Assembly (NCBI GenBank): GCA_046563655.1
Contig: CM102286.1
Span: 15,376,001-15,440,000, forward strand
Reading direction: 5' to 3'
Length of the DNA stretch: 64,000 bases
Origin: Yuukianura sp. NJ FZ-2021
Lineage: Eukaryota
Every line of letters starts with the position of its first letter. The first letter of the stretch is position 1. Below, piece after piece: positions 1-11,391 of this stretch. A model generated the notes under the pieces. The model had not been told where the DNA came from, searched no databases, and saw nothing but the letters and a program-made list of their open reading frames with translations. The position numbers and the translations under genes are program-made.

Positions 1-1856
1 TGCTTGCCGGATGTTCTCCAAACTGTCCCAATCAAAGACGTTTTGGGCGAGAGAGGACTAACCCTTATGCATAAAAGCCTCGGTCAATCCCACGAATTCC
101 TAAACTTGGTGTGGCAACAACCCCTGGAGCTCCCGGCTACACTGCAAGAGGTTTTTTCTCCGCGGAAACTTCCGACCCAAACGCAAGAAGACCCCGAGCT
201 ATGGTTCTTTTTTGGAGAGCGCATCCAAAGAGGAGTGGAGAATAACGCCTGCTACAATGGGGCTGTCAAACGTGCGAAGAGCGTTTATTCTGGGAAAGGC
301 GGGAAAACAAAGAAGGCCAAGAAGAATGCTGCAAAGGAACCCAACCTTAGCGATTCGGGTAAAATTAGTACTCTTGGATGATGTTTTATTCTTAGCTGTT
401 GATTTGCATCAAACTTTTTATAGGTTCTGACTCGGATTCCAGTTCCAGCTCGGTGTCTTCCAGTGCGACTTCAGTTCAAACAAAATCTACCACTAAGCAG
501 CAAGCACAGGTGATACTGGAAGAAGACATCAAGTCAGCAACAGAAAAGTTGGACAAACTACAGAAGGAAGAAGTAAACTGCATCAACGAAATCCGAGCTC
601 AGGAAGAAAAGCTAGCGAATGTGAGGTCCGAGATCACGCTGACGAGATGCAGTCTAAACGAGTCAATTTTTCGCCTGCACTTGTGCAATATTTCCAACGA
701 CCACGGAGATTACATTTTCAACGCGATTTCATCAAATGCAAAGTTTAAGGAGATGGTAGCTGAATTTGAAGAATTCAGAAGTTTTGTATTAGAACAATAC
801 GGAAAACTGGCGCGTTCGGAACGCTCGTTTGAAAAATCACCAAAAGAATTGGTAGAAGCTGCATTGGAGATTTCATTCAAGACTTTCGACACTCAAAAAC
901 ACAAGGTAATTTATTACTTAAACCAGGAATTATGTTAATCTAAAGTAAACTATACTTGTATTTAGACTTCCGAGACGTTTCTGATGCCACCCCCAGTGAG
1001 CTCCCGCTCAAATCGATTCCAACCATTAGGTTTGGAGTATATCTTACCTCTACCGACTCCAGTGAGATCTGTACCTTCGAAGGGAATACTTGACCAGTCT
1101 ATTGCTGTGAGTATAACCTAACCTAATGAAAAACATGCAAATGTACTAATACCTAACCTAATACAGGGATTTGCGAGAACTATGGGACATCATGCTAGAA
1201 AACCTACCAACAGCATTGCCGGGTCCAGCTCACATAACATCACTATGGAAGAGATCATCACTGCCCGAAAAAAAACCACCCCGCAAATGGTGACTTCAAG
1301 GACCAACTCAGACAAAGAGGCAGAAGTTTATTACGGCAACAGTACGAATCACATAAATTGTTTTTGTTCTGACAAATTGTGACCATGACTTAATATTTCA
1401 GGCCAAGATAACGGGGAAACTTCGTCAGTGGTGCTGCGTGAGAGATCCGTGATGGAAGTTCCTGCCCTCTCAATTCAACCAGAAAATTCAGTCCAAATTG
1501 ACCAACCCAATATACAAGTGCCTTCCGTCGCCGAGGAAATTGAAATACGAACTGACTTGCTGGAGGAAGTGACACAGAATATCGTTGATGCATTCGGTGG
1601 TAAATTTGTTTCACTGTTTCGCAATAACCTTGCCAACCTAAACTAACCTCATTTTACTTTTGAATATGTAGGTTCACCTGAGAGTGAGGGCACGCACGAA
1701 AGGGTAGGTAAAGCTCCTGCCCGGGTAGGTAACGCTCCTGCCCAGGATTCGTTTCAAGAGTTCATTGATACACGGGATGAAACTTATGAAGTACAAATGG
1801 ATGAACATGGGACACCAGTTTTTGGGAATGATTCTGGGATAGGGCATATGTTCTAA
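1..1856 (+). CDS. Hypothetical multi-exon protein (5' part outside window), with Ser-rich and coiled-coil segments
   Basis: ORF pieces 4-358, 424-905, 966-1107, ~1168-1328, 1402-1598, 1673-1856 are separated by ~60-bp GT..AG introns. Stop TAA at 1854-1856. No family recognised. Confidence 0.55.
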
Positions 1857-2100
1857 ATGTTATGACTAAGTTGATACGGTGAAGCCACCCTTGATCATGA
1901 ACTTAAAGGTTAGTTAGTTTGCATTTGTAGTTTAGAATCATGACAAATTGATATTTATCGGCCATTGACTATTAATGAATTAATTGACAAAATTGTTAAT
2001 TAGAAGTAAAACTAGTTAAATTTATTTATATAGTAGAAACTCAATAAAATGAGTTACCAGAGATACAAAGTTTTGTTACGAATATATTTTCAACCTTATT

Positions 2101-2720
2101 AGGGAAAACTGCCTACGGTGTATCATGGATAAGTATTGCCATACACAACTTTGCAGCTTAGTAGAGAAAATTGCCTACGAGGGATTTTCTAAATATTGCC
2201 ACTGTGTTGTTCCACATTAGTGTATCAAGGAAAACTATTGCCATATCGGGCTATTCTACTTTGAAGCTTAGTGGAGAAAAATGCCTACGAGGGATTTCTG
2301 AAACGTTGCCACTATTTTATTCCTAGTACACTAGTGTATCATGGAAAAGTATTGCCATATCGGGCTATTCAACTTTAAAGCTTAGTTGAGAAAAATGCCT
2401 ACGAGGGATTTTTGAAATGTTTCCACTATTTTATTCCTAGTACACTAGTGTATCATGGAAAAGTATTGCCATATCGGGCTATTCAACTTTAAAGCTTAGT
2501 TGAGAAAAATGCCTACGAGGGATTTTTGAAATGTTTCCACTATTTTATTCCTAGTACACTAGTGTATCATGGAAAAGTATTGCCATATCGGGCTATTCAA
2601 CTTTGAAGCTTAGTTGAGAAAATTGCCTACGACGAATTTTTGAAATGTTGCCACTATTGTATTCCTAGTACACTAGTGTATCATGAAAAAGTATTGCCAT
2701 ATCGGGCTATTAAACTTCAA
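2101..2720. repeat. 114-bp tandem repeat array (copy A, ~5 units)
   Basis: atgcctacgaggg recurs at 2281, 2395, 2509 (period 114). Same unit as 10465-11222. Confidence 0.95.
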
Positions 2721-3077
2721 GCGTTGCATGAAATTCGCACGGACGTAAAGAATTGAAGTGAAGATCACATTGTGCAAGGCATAGAAATTTTTGGAGGGAG
2801 AGTGCAAAGAATTTGTGCTTCATTATAAAATTGGAATATTGCCGTGAATTTTGTCTGTTTGGAGCATTCTGGAAGTATACTTCCAGGAGGAAGGACGCGT
2901 TTCGTGAGCTGCTCTCCTACTTTTACAAATTAAGGCATACTTTTAGTGACTTGTATTATGCAAGAAAAACGAAAATGTAGTTTTACAGACGCTGGGCACA
3001 AGTCCAAACATCCACGCGTCCAAATACAAATAACTCCACACTCAGTCTGTCTAACCCAAGACGGGATAGTACTAAAC

Positions 3078-4086
3078 ATGCTGCCAAATAGGGGTGTTCA
3101 GGTCAACATCGTCGGAAATGAAAACGTTCAAGTCACGACCATACAAGTGGACCAGCAAGTGGAATTTGTTCAGCCAGACATCTCTAATAGGAACGTTTTT
3201 TTGCAATACCCGGATGCGCAACTCTCGAATAGTACGATCAATATAAAGTTAGTTTGTTTAGATACTTTAAATTAAGTTGATAAATGTTGTTTCCAGTGAC
3301 AGCCGAGCAACGTGAAGAATTTCTAGATTCCGAAATGGGGGAGAGAGCCGCGGACTGTCTACAGGCTTTGAACAAACTTACGAGCGTAACAAATCGACCA
3401 GTGGTCCATCAAAGCCAAATTGATGTGGCAAAGTCCTGCATTTTGGAACTGTGTTCATCACGCGCAAAAGTTCGGCGGCTAAGTGGCAACGTTGTGCCTA
3501 TGTATCCTTTGACCGTTCGGAGTGAGCTGGTTCGTTCCGGTCATGCAAATCCACTTCCAATGAACGTCGCACAAGGTAATGCAATACTGGAGAAACGATG
3601 CAATTTGGGTTGATTTTTTTACATATGTTTTATTTTCCAACAGGAACCGGAGTAACCGGCATTGTCAGACATGTGCAAGGTATATCAGCACTTTAGTAAT
3701 ATATATCGTGGAAAGTATGTCAATCTCAATCTATTTTCCTAACATATTATGTAGATGCAAATGAAGACAGTGATGGAGAAACGCAAAATGCGCTAAACGT
3801 TGTTACGGGTCCCGTTCCGGATGCTGTTCAGGAAACGCCAAGAAGGGGGACAGGAAATGATGCGACATCTGCTATTCACGAAAGACGACGAGGTGTGAAA
3901 TCGAACATATCAACATACCAATCCTACCTAATCTGCGTAGTAAGTCTTGGTTTATTAATACATGCCATAAATTCAATTTAAGTAGGAACTGGTCGTACAT
4001 CTGCAACTGCTGTCAATCCTCGTCCCGCCAACCGTGGAAACATACGACGTAACAGCAGAGAGGAAGTTAGTCGACAACCTGAATAG
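3078..4086 (+). CDS. Hypothetical small multi-exon protein
   Basis: ORF pieces ~3078-3229, 3296-3575, 3643-3678, 3754-3892, 3985-4086 joined by short GT-AG introns. No recognised domain. Confidence 0.45.
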
Positions 4087-4957
4087 AATTATTCAAATTG
4101 ATCTCATCTCGCCTTAAGCTTTGACTTACAATTGTTACCAACTATAACTGGTTGAGGTTACTTTGTTTTTTCTCAAACATTAAAAAACGTTAAAATTAAA
4201 ATCAAGCTGACGCTTGCATTGAATTTTGAAACTTGACACTGCACTGGTAGCTAGTCGGTGGGTCTAGCTTGGACGTATCACAAGATAAAGTTAGGAAATA
4301 ACTTTTCGGAAGCCTCTGTCGCTGTTTTAACTTCGACGAAAAACTTAACGTGAGACCATAGGAATTTAGAATCACCCTACTGCGCATCTACGGATTTATT
4401 TGCTTTTCATCTCAATAGAGGTTAACAGGTTAGGTTAATAGAAGTTAATCATTACGTTCAACAGTTAGAGCACAATTAGTTTCATTCATGTTATTGTTTC
4501 AAGGCTGTTTTGTTTTAGGCACATTTCCTGATATTTCCTGGACGTAAAGCACTGCACTCACTTGCTGACAGTACGAACACTGTGCTCTTCATTCACTACA
4601 AAGTACTTATCCTGGTATGACGTTCTCTGATTGCGCAATTTATTTACTGTGAAGCAACTGCTCTCATCAATGTCTCTCTGATTGTGGTCTTCATTCACTG
4701 CAAAACACTTGCCGTGTCAGACATTTGTGCTCTTCCTTCACTACATAAAACTATATCAATGAAATTGACTGGATACGGTAAGTTTTACGCTGCTGTATAA
4801 TAATTCTACTTTATACTCTGTATACTGTATACTCCAACACTGATTTTCTAATGAATTATCTAGTTTAATGTAAAGTAACGGCTGTTGCTTGACGACAAAA
4901 AAAGGTACTGGCATTGAACTTTCCAACCCAATAGTTCGGAACGCCAAATCAGTCACC

Positions 4958-6421
4958 ATGTCGGGAATGTGTGAAGACCGTGGTACCACTGATGTAATCT
5001 CTCATGTACCAAATGAAGTTAGTTAAACACATTACCATAATTACTTTGCCAGTGCTTAACATTTAACCAGTGTTCTGCTTTTCCAAACAGATTCTTGAAA
5101 CAATATTGTCGGTCCTAACTACGGAAGAATTACTCGGGGCTAGGCTTGTGTCTCTTCGATTTCATGAATCTGCTACTCAACTTTGCCGAAGACGGCATGT
5201 AATGCTGAAAAAAGATTGGTACAAAAATGCTCATGGAATGACCATATATAAAACGTTTGACACCGGAAATTGCAAAACTTTACCCTGGTCCTGCGTAACA
5301 TTCTACGGGGAAATGTACAAATACGCGAGGTGCTTGATACTCCCGTTTCTGCAAATGTTTGGTTCATCTCTAACACACGTATACTTCAGAGACGTAATTG
5401 AGTATCCCGACTTTGTGGATCAGGTATTCGCTCACGCTCCAATGCTGGATACTAGGTCTTTTGCGTTGGAGTGTCGTGGCACATCCGGTGCTGCCAACCT
5501 GTGCAAGATTTTAAATTCATTAGCCCCAAAACTTTTGAACCTGAAGCTAACTCTGGATTTCCATGAAAGGGGCATGTATAGAAAATCCTTGGAATTTCCC
5601 GTGCTGGGGAACCTCGTGCATATGCACATTAACCTAAATGGATGGATTAAAGTACAGAATTATGAAGAATCAAATGATGAAGGAGTGTCGTTGTTGTCAA
5701 ACTTATGTGACAAAAATGTACCAAAACTAACTAACATGTTCATTGCTGTCCGTGTTGCAAATCCAACGCTTGGTGCAAACTTATTTGGACAAACGACGTT
5801 TCCGCATGTCAGTACATTATCAATTACTGGGTCCTTTGTGCTGCACATCGACGTATCGAACGTCTTTCCGAATGCAAGATGTATTACCTTACTGTGTAAC
5901 GAAGCATACTTTGGAGCCTACTGGATTTTCAAGAACACGACAACTTTACGTTTACTGTTGCAGAGGAACAACGATCGTGAAATTGAGGATGCCAACCAAC
6001 TATGCAGGGCACTCTTTTCAACGGATTACCTCGAAAGAATGCCAGGTAATGCTGAACAGTTAAATTGTTAATTGATGCCCTAATCAAATTTTTTATACAA
6101 CAATTTCCAGACTTGATGAAATTGGAGGTGTACATTTTCCATGAACAATATCACGAAAACCCTATTGTGATTCGAGATAATGCCTCGTTAGTGAAAAAGT
6201 TTCAGTCAGTGAAACGACTACAACAGCTGGCTTTCGGTGGTGTAACAGTGAGTATTTTTAATCTCCCTAATTTAAAAACTTCCATTAAGGCTTACATCAA
6301 AACCTTGTCATTGTATGTTTAGATGAACAGACGTGCAATTTCAAGATTACGTCGAGTTCACAGAGAAGTTATAATCCACAACAGCGAGACATATCGTGCA
6401 GTACTCGAGGGAAGTCGTTAG
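4958..6421 (+). CDS. F-box domain protein (LRR-like C-terminal region), 4 coding exons
   Basis: Exons 4958-5017, 5091-6045, 6111-6247, 6323-6421. Spliced N-terminus SHVPNE|ILETILSVLTTEELLGARLVSLRFHESA fits the F-box consensus. Paralog at 48381-49860 has identical intron positions. Confidence 0.85.
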
Positions 6422-6528
6422 GAAGAACCTAACCTAACCTTATCAATAGCGCTATTGGTTATCTACATTTGTCTTAAGAGAATTTCTCATCAGTTTTGCA
6501 AGGTTTAAATAACTTTTCTACCCAAACA

Positions 6529-7197
6529 ATGACGATCAAGGTTAACAAAGTGAGTATGCTGTATACAAAGTTTTAAAATTTGTTTAGATTTTACCCCTTT
6601 TGCGTATTAAACTACGTATGGTTTCGAACCAGAATGAGTGGCTTCAAGATGAATTTGCGCCATTGTATGAATGCATCGAGGAACTTGAAACAATTGATGT
6701 TGCAAAGCTCATACTTGGCAACTATAGCAAGCTTGAGGTATATACACATGTATAACATAATACTACCTAATCTTGTATATTACACCCGAATTAATAAAAA
6801 TCTTATGGTTCCGAATTCCAGATCCGGCAAGTTGTTTGGGCTATTCTCGAAAAACACTTGGACGACATAGTTAATACTGAAGAATCCTTCCTATTCGGTT
6901 CCATTACTGTAATAAGCTAGGATTTTATGTTCAAGATACACCTAATGTTTTTATAATAAAATTTTCTTGAAATTGTAGGACAAGGACGCTGAAATTGCTG
7001 AACTAATTAGTATGAAGGAAATTATGATAAAGGATTACTTGGCCGCTCTTCAGACTGTGGTAGACATCAGTTCAATTGTGCCACAATTTGAAAATGTCGC
7101 ATTGGCAGCATTTACAAGTTTTTATGAAAAGATTATTTTCATTTTGGACATTTTGTGCAAGCAAAAACTTCAGACAAAACTTCCAGGTTCACTTTAA
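6529..7197 (+). CDS. Hypothetical ~159 aa protein, 4 exons
   Basis: Exons 6529-6549, 6588-6737, 6822-6908, 6979-7197 splice in phase 0 into one open frame (MTIKVNK|ILPLLRIK...|IRQVVWAIL...|DKDAEIAEL...). Confidence 0.6.
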
Positions 7198-8132
7198 AAT
7201 TTCTGCCTATGTATTTAGTATACTCAAGTTCTAAATTAGTTGAAAATTGTAAATACTAATCTCGTTGCATTCTGCACATAGTATCTATACACGATATATT
7301 CAATACAATATTGATTAAAATTAGTTTAACATGTACTTAATTTTTTCTACGCGTTAATTTCTTAGGGTACGAGTTGGCTTACAATTCCGAAATTGAATCG
7401 TAAATTAGAATCCCAAAGAGAACCCCAATTTTGAGGCCCGACTGGAATCCAAAATTGTTGCCCATAGTAGAATTACAAACTAGAATCCTAAATTGCAATC
7501 CCAAAGAAAAGGTTTTTCTCCATGTCGGAAATTCAAGTTTCGGGCGACTCCGATTGCAGCGAAGCAATGTCTAAATTCCCTCACGAATTTTGTTACGTAT
7601 TAAGGGATGAAATGTACTCCCTTGCGCCAGGTGTTTACCCTAAATGGAGAAAAATGTTGTGAACTATTTAAGAATAGTACATCGAAAGTTTCGGTTCCAT
7701 CGGCGCTAACTCTTTTGTTTAGCATAGTTTATTTATTCTGCAACTACCATTTATAAACTGCACTCTACCTCGACGCTTTAGCAACTACAACCTACTGGAA
7801 ACTTAACTTCCTCACCGTTGTCCTGGTGCTTCTTTTCAGGTTTGTATTAGTCGTATTTCTTTAAAAAGAATGTGCTGTTGAAGTTGTATTTCTTGTTAAT
7901 AGATCCGTCTTAGAATTAAAATTCTCAAGTAACTCCATAGCCTTCACATGTCATCAGTCCACACCTAAACTCACTGACGAAATTGTTGGGAGCTAAAAAC
8001 TGAAATTCGAGATATAGTTCCCTCAGCATTAGCCACACGTACGTTCACTTGCCACAAATTCAACTTCATTTTGTAACAATTTAAACTGAATCTTGCATCT
8101 AATATTCTCGGCCTTATTTTATTGCTTTTAGC

Positions 8133-9023
8133 ATGAGTAAGGTGAATCCGGACACCGTTATCGCAGGTATTCGACTAGGGGACCTGGCCATTCCACCAAT
8201 GACAATGTCTCAAGCGCAATCAATGGGGTTTCCATCCAATCGGAGCAGATCACTTGCCCAAACGACAGCTAGAATTCTCGAAAATAAGCGGAAACTGGAG
8301 AGTGTGTCTACTAGAACGGACGGTGGAAACGCATTACTACACAATAGATTGCAGCGTGACATCATTCGAATCACAAACTTTAACTTCCACACAAACAATG
8401 ACGACTGGTACAAACAATCCCCTACTTTCGATTCGGACGTTATTACCATCACCTTTGCTAACGAACCCCTACAAGAAAAATACCGGAGGGACTTGACTAT
8501 AAGGCCCCCTGCTTATATTACCAAAGATAAACATGATGTTCCAGTGAATGCTTACGTGCCGGCGGAGAAAGGAATTCAAGGACTACCGCTAATTCAAATC
8601 AGAAAATTCATCGACGTATTTGACGCAGAACAAAGGCAAAAAGTGGAGGAGGCTCCAATGATTTCATGGATGAAGTTTGAGCAACAAGTAGAAGCTCTTG
8701 TGAACATGGAGCAATACGACGAAAATAAGCGAAAAGAGGAAATCAAACTACAGGAAGAGGCCATGAAATGTTCTCAATCACACAGAGTTCAACTCAAGCC
8801 ATCTGCCCAAGCTGCAAAGCAAAAAGCAATTAAAGAACGCAAGAGGATTGCCGCAGAAGCCCGCTATCGTTCCCCTAGTCCTGGACATTCAGATCTTTTC
8901 CCTCCGCCAGTCAAGCGGATGAACATTTCAAACACCGGTCCTTACGATTTTCCTGTTCCTCCGAATCCAGTAACAACACCTTCGAGCACTGATGTTTCAG
9001 GTCCAAAAATGTTAAATGATTAG
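8133..9023 (+). CDS. Hypothetical 296 aa protein, single coding exon
   Basis: Long ATG ORF directly after a splice acceptor (ttttag at ~8131), suggesting a 5' UTR intron. Charged coiled region and Pro-rich tail. Confidence 0.7.
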   Translation: MSKVNPDTVIAGIRLGDLAIPPMTMSQAQSMGFPSNRSRSLAQTTARILENKRKLESVSTRTDGGNALLHNRLQRDIIRITNFNFHTNNDDWYKQSPTFDSDVITITFANEPLQEKYRRDLTIRPPAYITKDKHDVPVNAYVPAEKGIQGLPLIQIRKFIDVFDAEQRQKVEEAPMISWMKFEQQVEALVNMEQYDENKRKEEIKLQEEAMKCSQSHRVQLKPSAQAAKQKAIKERKRIAAEARYRSPSPGHSDLFPPPVKRMNISNTGPYDFPVPPNPVTTPSSTDVSGPKMLND

Positions 9024-9352
9024 GCTAGTTAGGTTAGGGAACTAACCATTAACCTTTTAGATGAATCTTTTGTTTTTACAATTTATTGTCAATCAATTGA
9101 TATATGCCTGCTATCAGAATCGTTGCCCTGACGTGTCTTGAAATGTTAATTTGTTTTTTTGAAACTGAGTTCATATATCATTTTTGATTAAGTTGTCATT
9201 TAATTAATTACAGCTGTTCATTTGTAGGTGTATATTACAAGAAGCTGGAAATTTCTAGTGCTAAAATCCTACCTACTTTACTCATTTTCTTGTTTCAGTT
9301 TAGGTTAAATTTTCTTTTGTTGAAAATAAAGGAAAATTGAATTTATATATTT

Positions 9353-11261
9353 TTATGCTCCCACCAATTTTCCGGACCGAAGTCTTTTTGTGATGCACAC
9401 AGTGTGTCCAGAGTCACTTTCTTCATCACTTTCTTCTTTTTCCAGTTCATATTGCTCCATTTGTTTTGAACACCGCAGTCCAGAACAGTTAGTCCAAGCA
9501 TTATCCGACCTGTAAAATATTTCATAACTATAGTTAATAACAATGATGTCTGTTCTCGTAACAGTTTTGGGTCACATACTCAGCGTATCCCAGCCACTTG
9601 ACAAGGTAAAGGGTTTGTCCATCAACCACTTTGTCATCCAAAATCAGTTCCACTTGATATTCCTCGTGTTTTTCAAATTTTGCATTAGAAATGTCTATTT
9701 GATGGTGGAAAACGTCAATGGGTTCCAAGTGATCAATAAATATATTACTGCCATCAACCGTGAAGAAGACTGAGCGCTTTATGTGTTCCATAATTGACTT
9801 GAATTCCAAGAAAAGTTCAATCTCTGCTCGACAACTTGGTACTCCTTCCACGTAAACATCTTTGTAGACTGGAAAGTTTCTCAGAATTCGGCTATACGCG
9901 GAAATGGCAGAGAGTACGCAGGATGACTTCAAGCTAAATTTTTTCAAAAGCAATGTCAAGTTTCAATATTCTAATTGACTTAAAAGTTACATTATCTCAC
10001 CAAGATAAATTTACATGTTCTGTCTTGAACATGGGATGCTTTCCGTATTTGTTATCCAATTTGGACTTCAAATATTTTCTGACGTACTTGATACTTTTCT
10101 CCCTTTTTGTAATATTCCTGTATCCAGAGTTGTTCCAAACAGTATTGAAGTATGTGAATGTCCATCCACTTCGTTTTCTTGCGACGACAATTACCGCGCA
10201 ATGGTCAAAGAGATTTTGTAGATTGGTAGCCTCAGGATATGTCACGATATGGAATAGGATAATTTTTCCTGGGACTTGGCTCGGTAGTTGAGAATATAAA
10301 GAGTGTATTGTGGATTTCTTTATAGCGCTTTTCACGTAAGATACGAATTGCGATGCCAAAGGTTCAACTTGCAAGTTCTCCAGGTAGGCCTCCAGTACTG
10401 CAGTGTATACTCCCCACCTTGTCTTTTCACTATAAATCAAACAAATTCACACAGATTTGAATTTTAGTGTATCATGGAAAAGTATTGCCATATTAGATTA
10501 TTCAACTCTTAACTATTTTCACTCACACCAACATTTGAAGCTTAGTAGAGAAAATTGCCTACGAAGGATTTTTGAAACATCTTTACCATTTTGTTCCAAT
10601 TACACTAGTGTACCATGGAAAAGTATTGCCATATCGGGCTATTCTACTTTGAAGCTTAGTTGAGAAAATTGCCTACGAGGGATTTTTGAAATGTTGCCAC
10701 TATTTTATTCCTAGTACACTAGTGTATCATGGAAAAGTATTGCCATATCGGGCTATTCTACTTTGAAGCTTAGTTGAGAAAATTGCCTACGAGGGATTTT
10801 TGAAATGTTGCCACTATTTTATTCCTAGTACACTAGTGTATCATGAAAAAGTATTGCCATATCGGGCTATTCTACTTTGAAGCTTAGTTGAGAAAATTGC
10901 CTACGAGGGATTTTTGAAATGTTGCCACTATTTTATTCCTAGTACACTAGTGTATCATGAAAAAGTATTGCCATATCGGGCTATTCTACTTTGAAGCTTA
11001 GTTGAGAAAATTGCCTACGAGGGATTTTTGAAATGTTGCCACTATTTTATTCCTAGTACACTAGTGTATCATGAAAAAGTATTGCCATATCGGGCTATTC
11101 AACTTTGAAGCTTAGTTGAGAAAATTGCCTACGACGAATTTTTGAAATGTTGCCACTATTGTATTCCTAGTACACTAGTGTATCATGAAAAAGTATTACC
11201 ATATCGGGCTTTTCAACTTTTACCTATTGTCACTTCCAGTAACATTTGAAACTTTGAACAT
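9353..11261 (-). CDS. Chromodomain protein with a putative N-terminal cysteine-protease-like domain
   Basis: Exons 11261-11224, 10428-~9999, ~9932-9580, ~9509-9353 splice in frame. C-terminus EEYQVELILDDKVVDGQTLYLVKWLGYAE|SDNAWT is a canonical chromodomain. Intron 1 holds the 114-bp array. Confidence 0.75.
10465..11222. repeat. 114-bp tandem repeat array (copy B, ~6 units), intronic
   Basis: Same unit and orientation as 2101-2720 (gtgtatcatggaaaagtattgccatatcgggctattc...). Confidence 0.95.
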
Positions 11262-11391
11262 CCTCAACACAACACTTTCTCAAATCAATGAAACAACAAT
11301 AAAATTGTAAATAAATAAATTTAGAACAATATTAAGAACATAAAGACTTCTAACATCACCAAACTTATTTTATTGCCAATTAATTTGGTTT

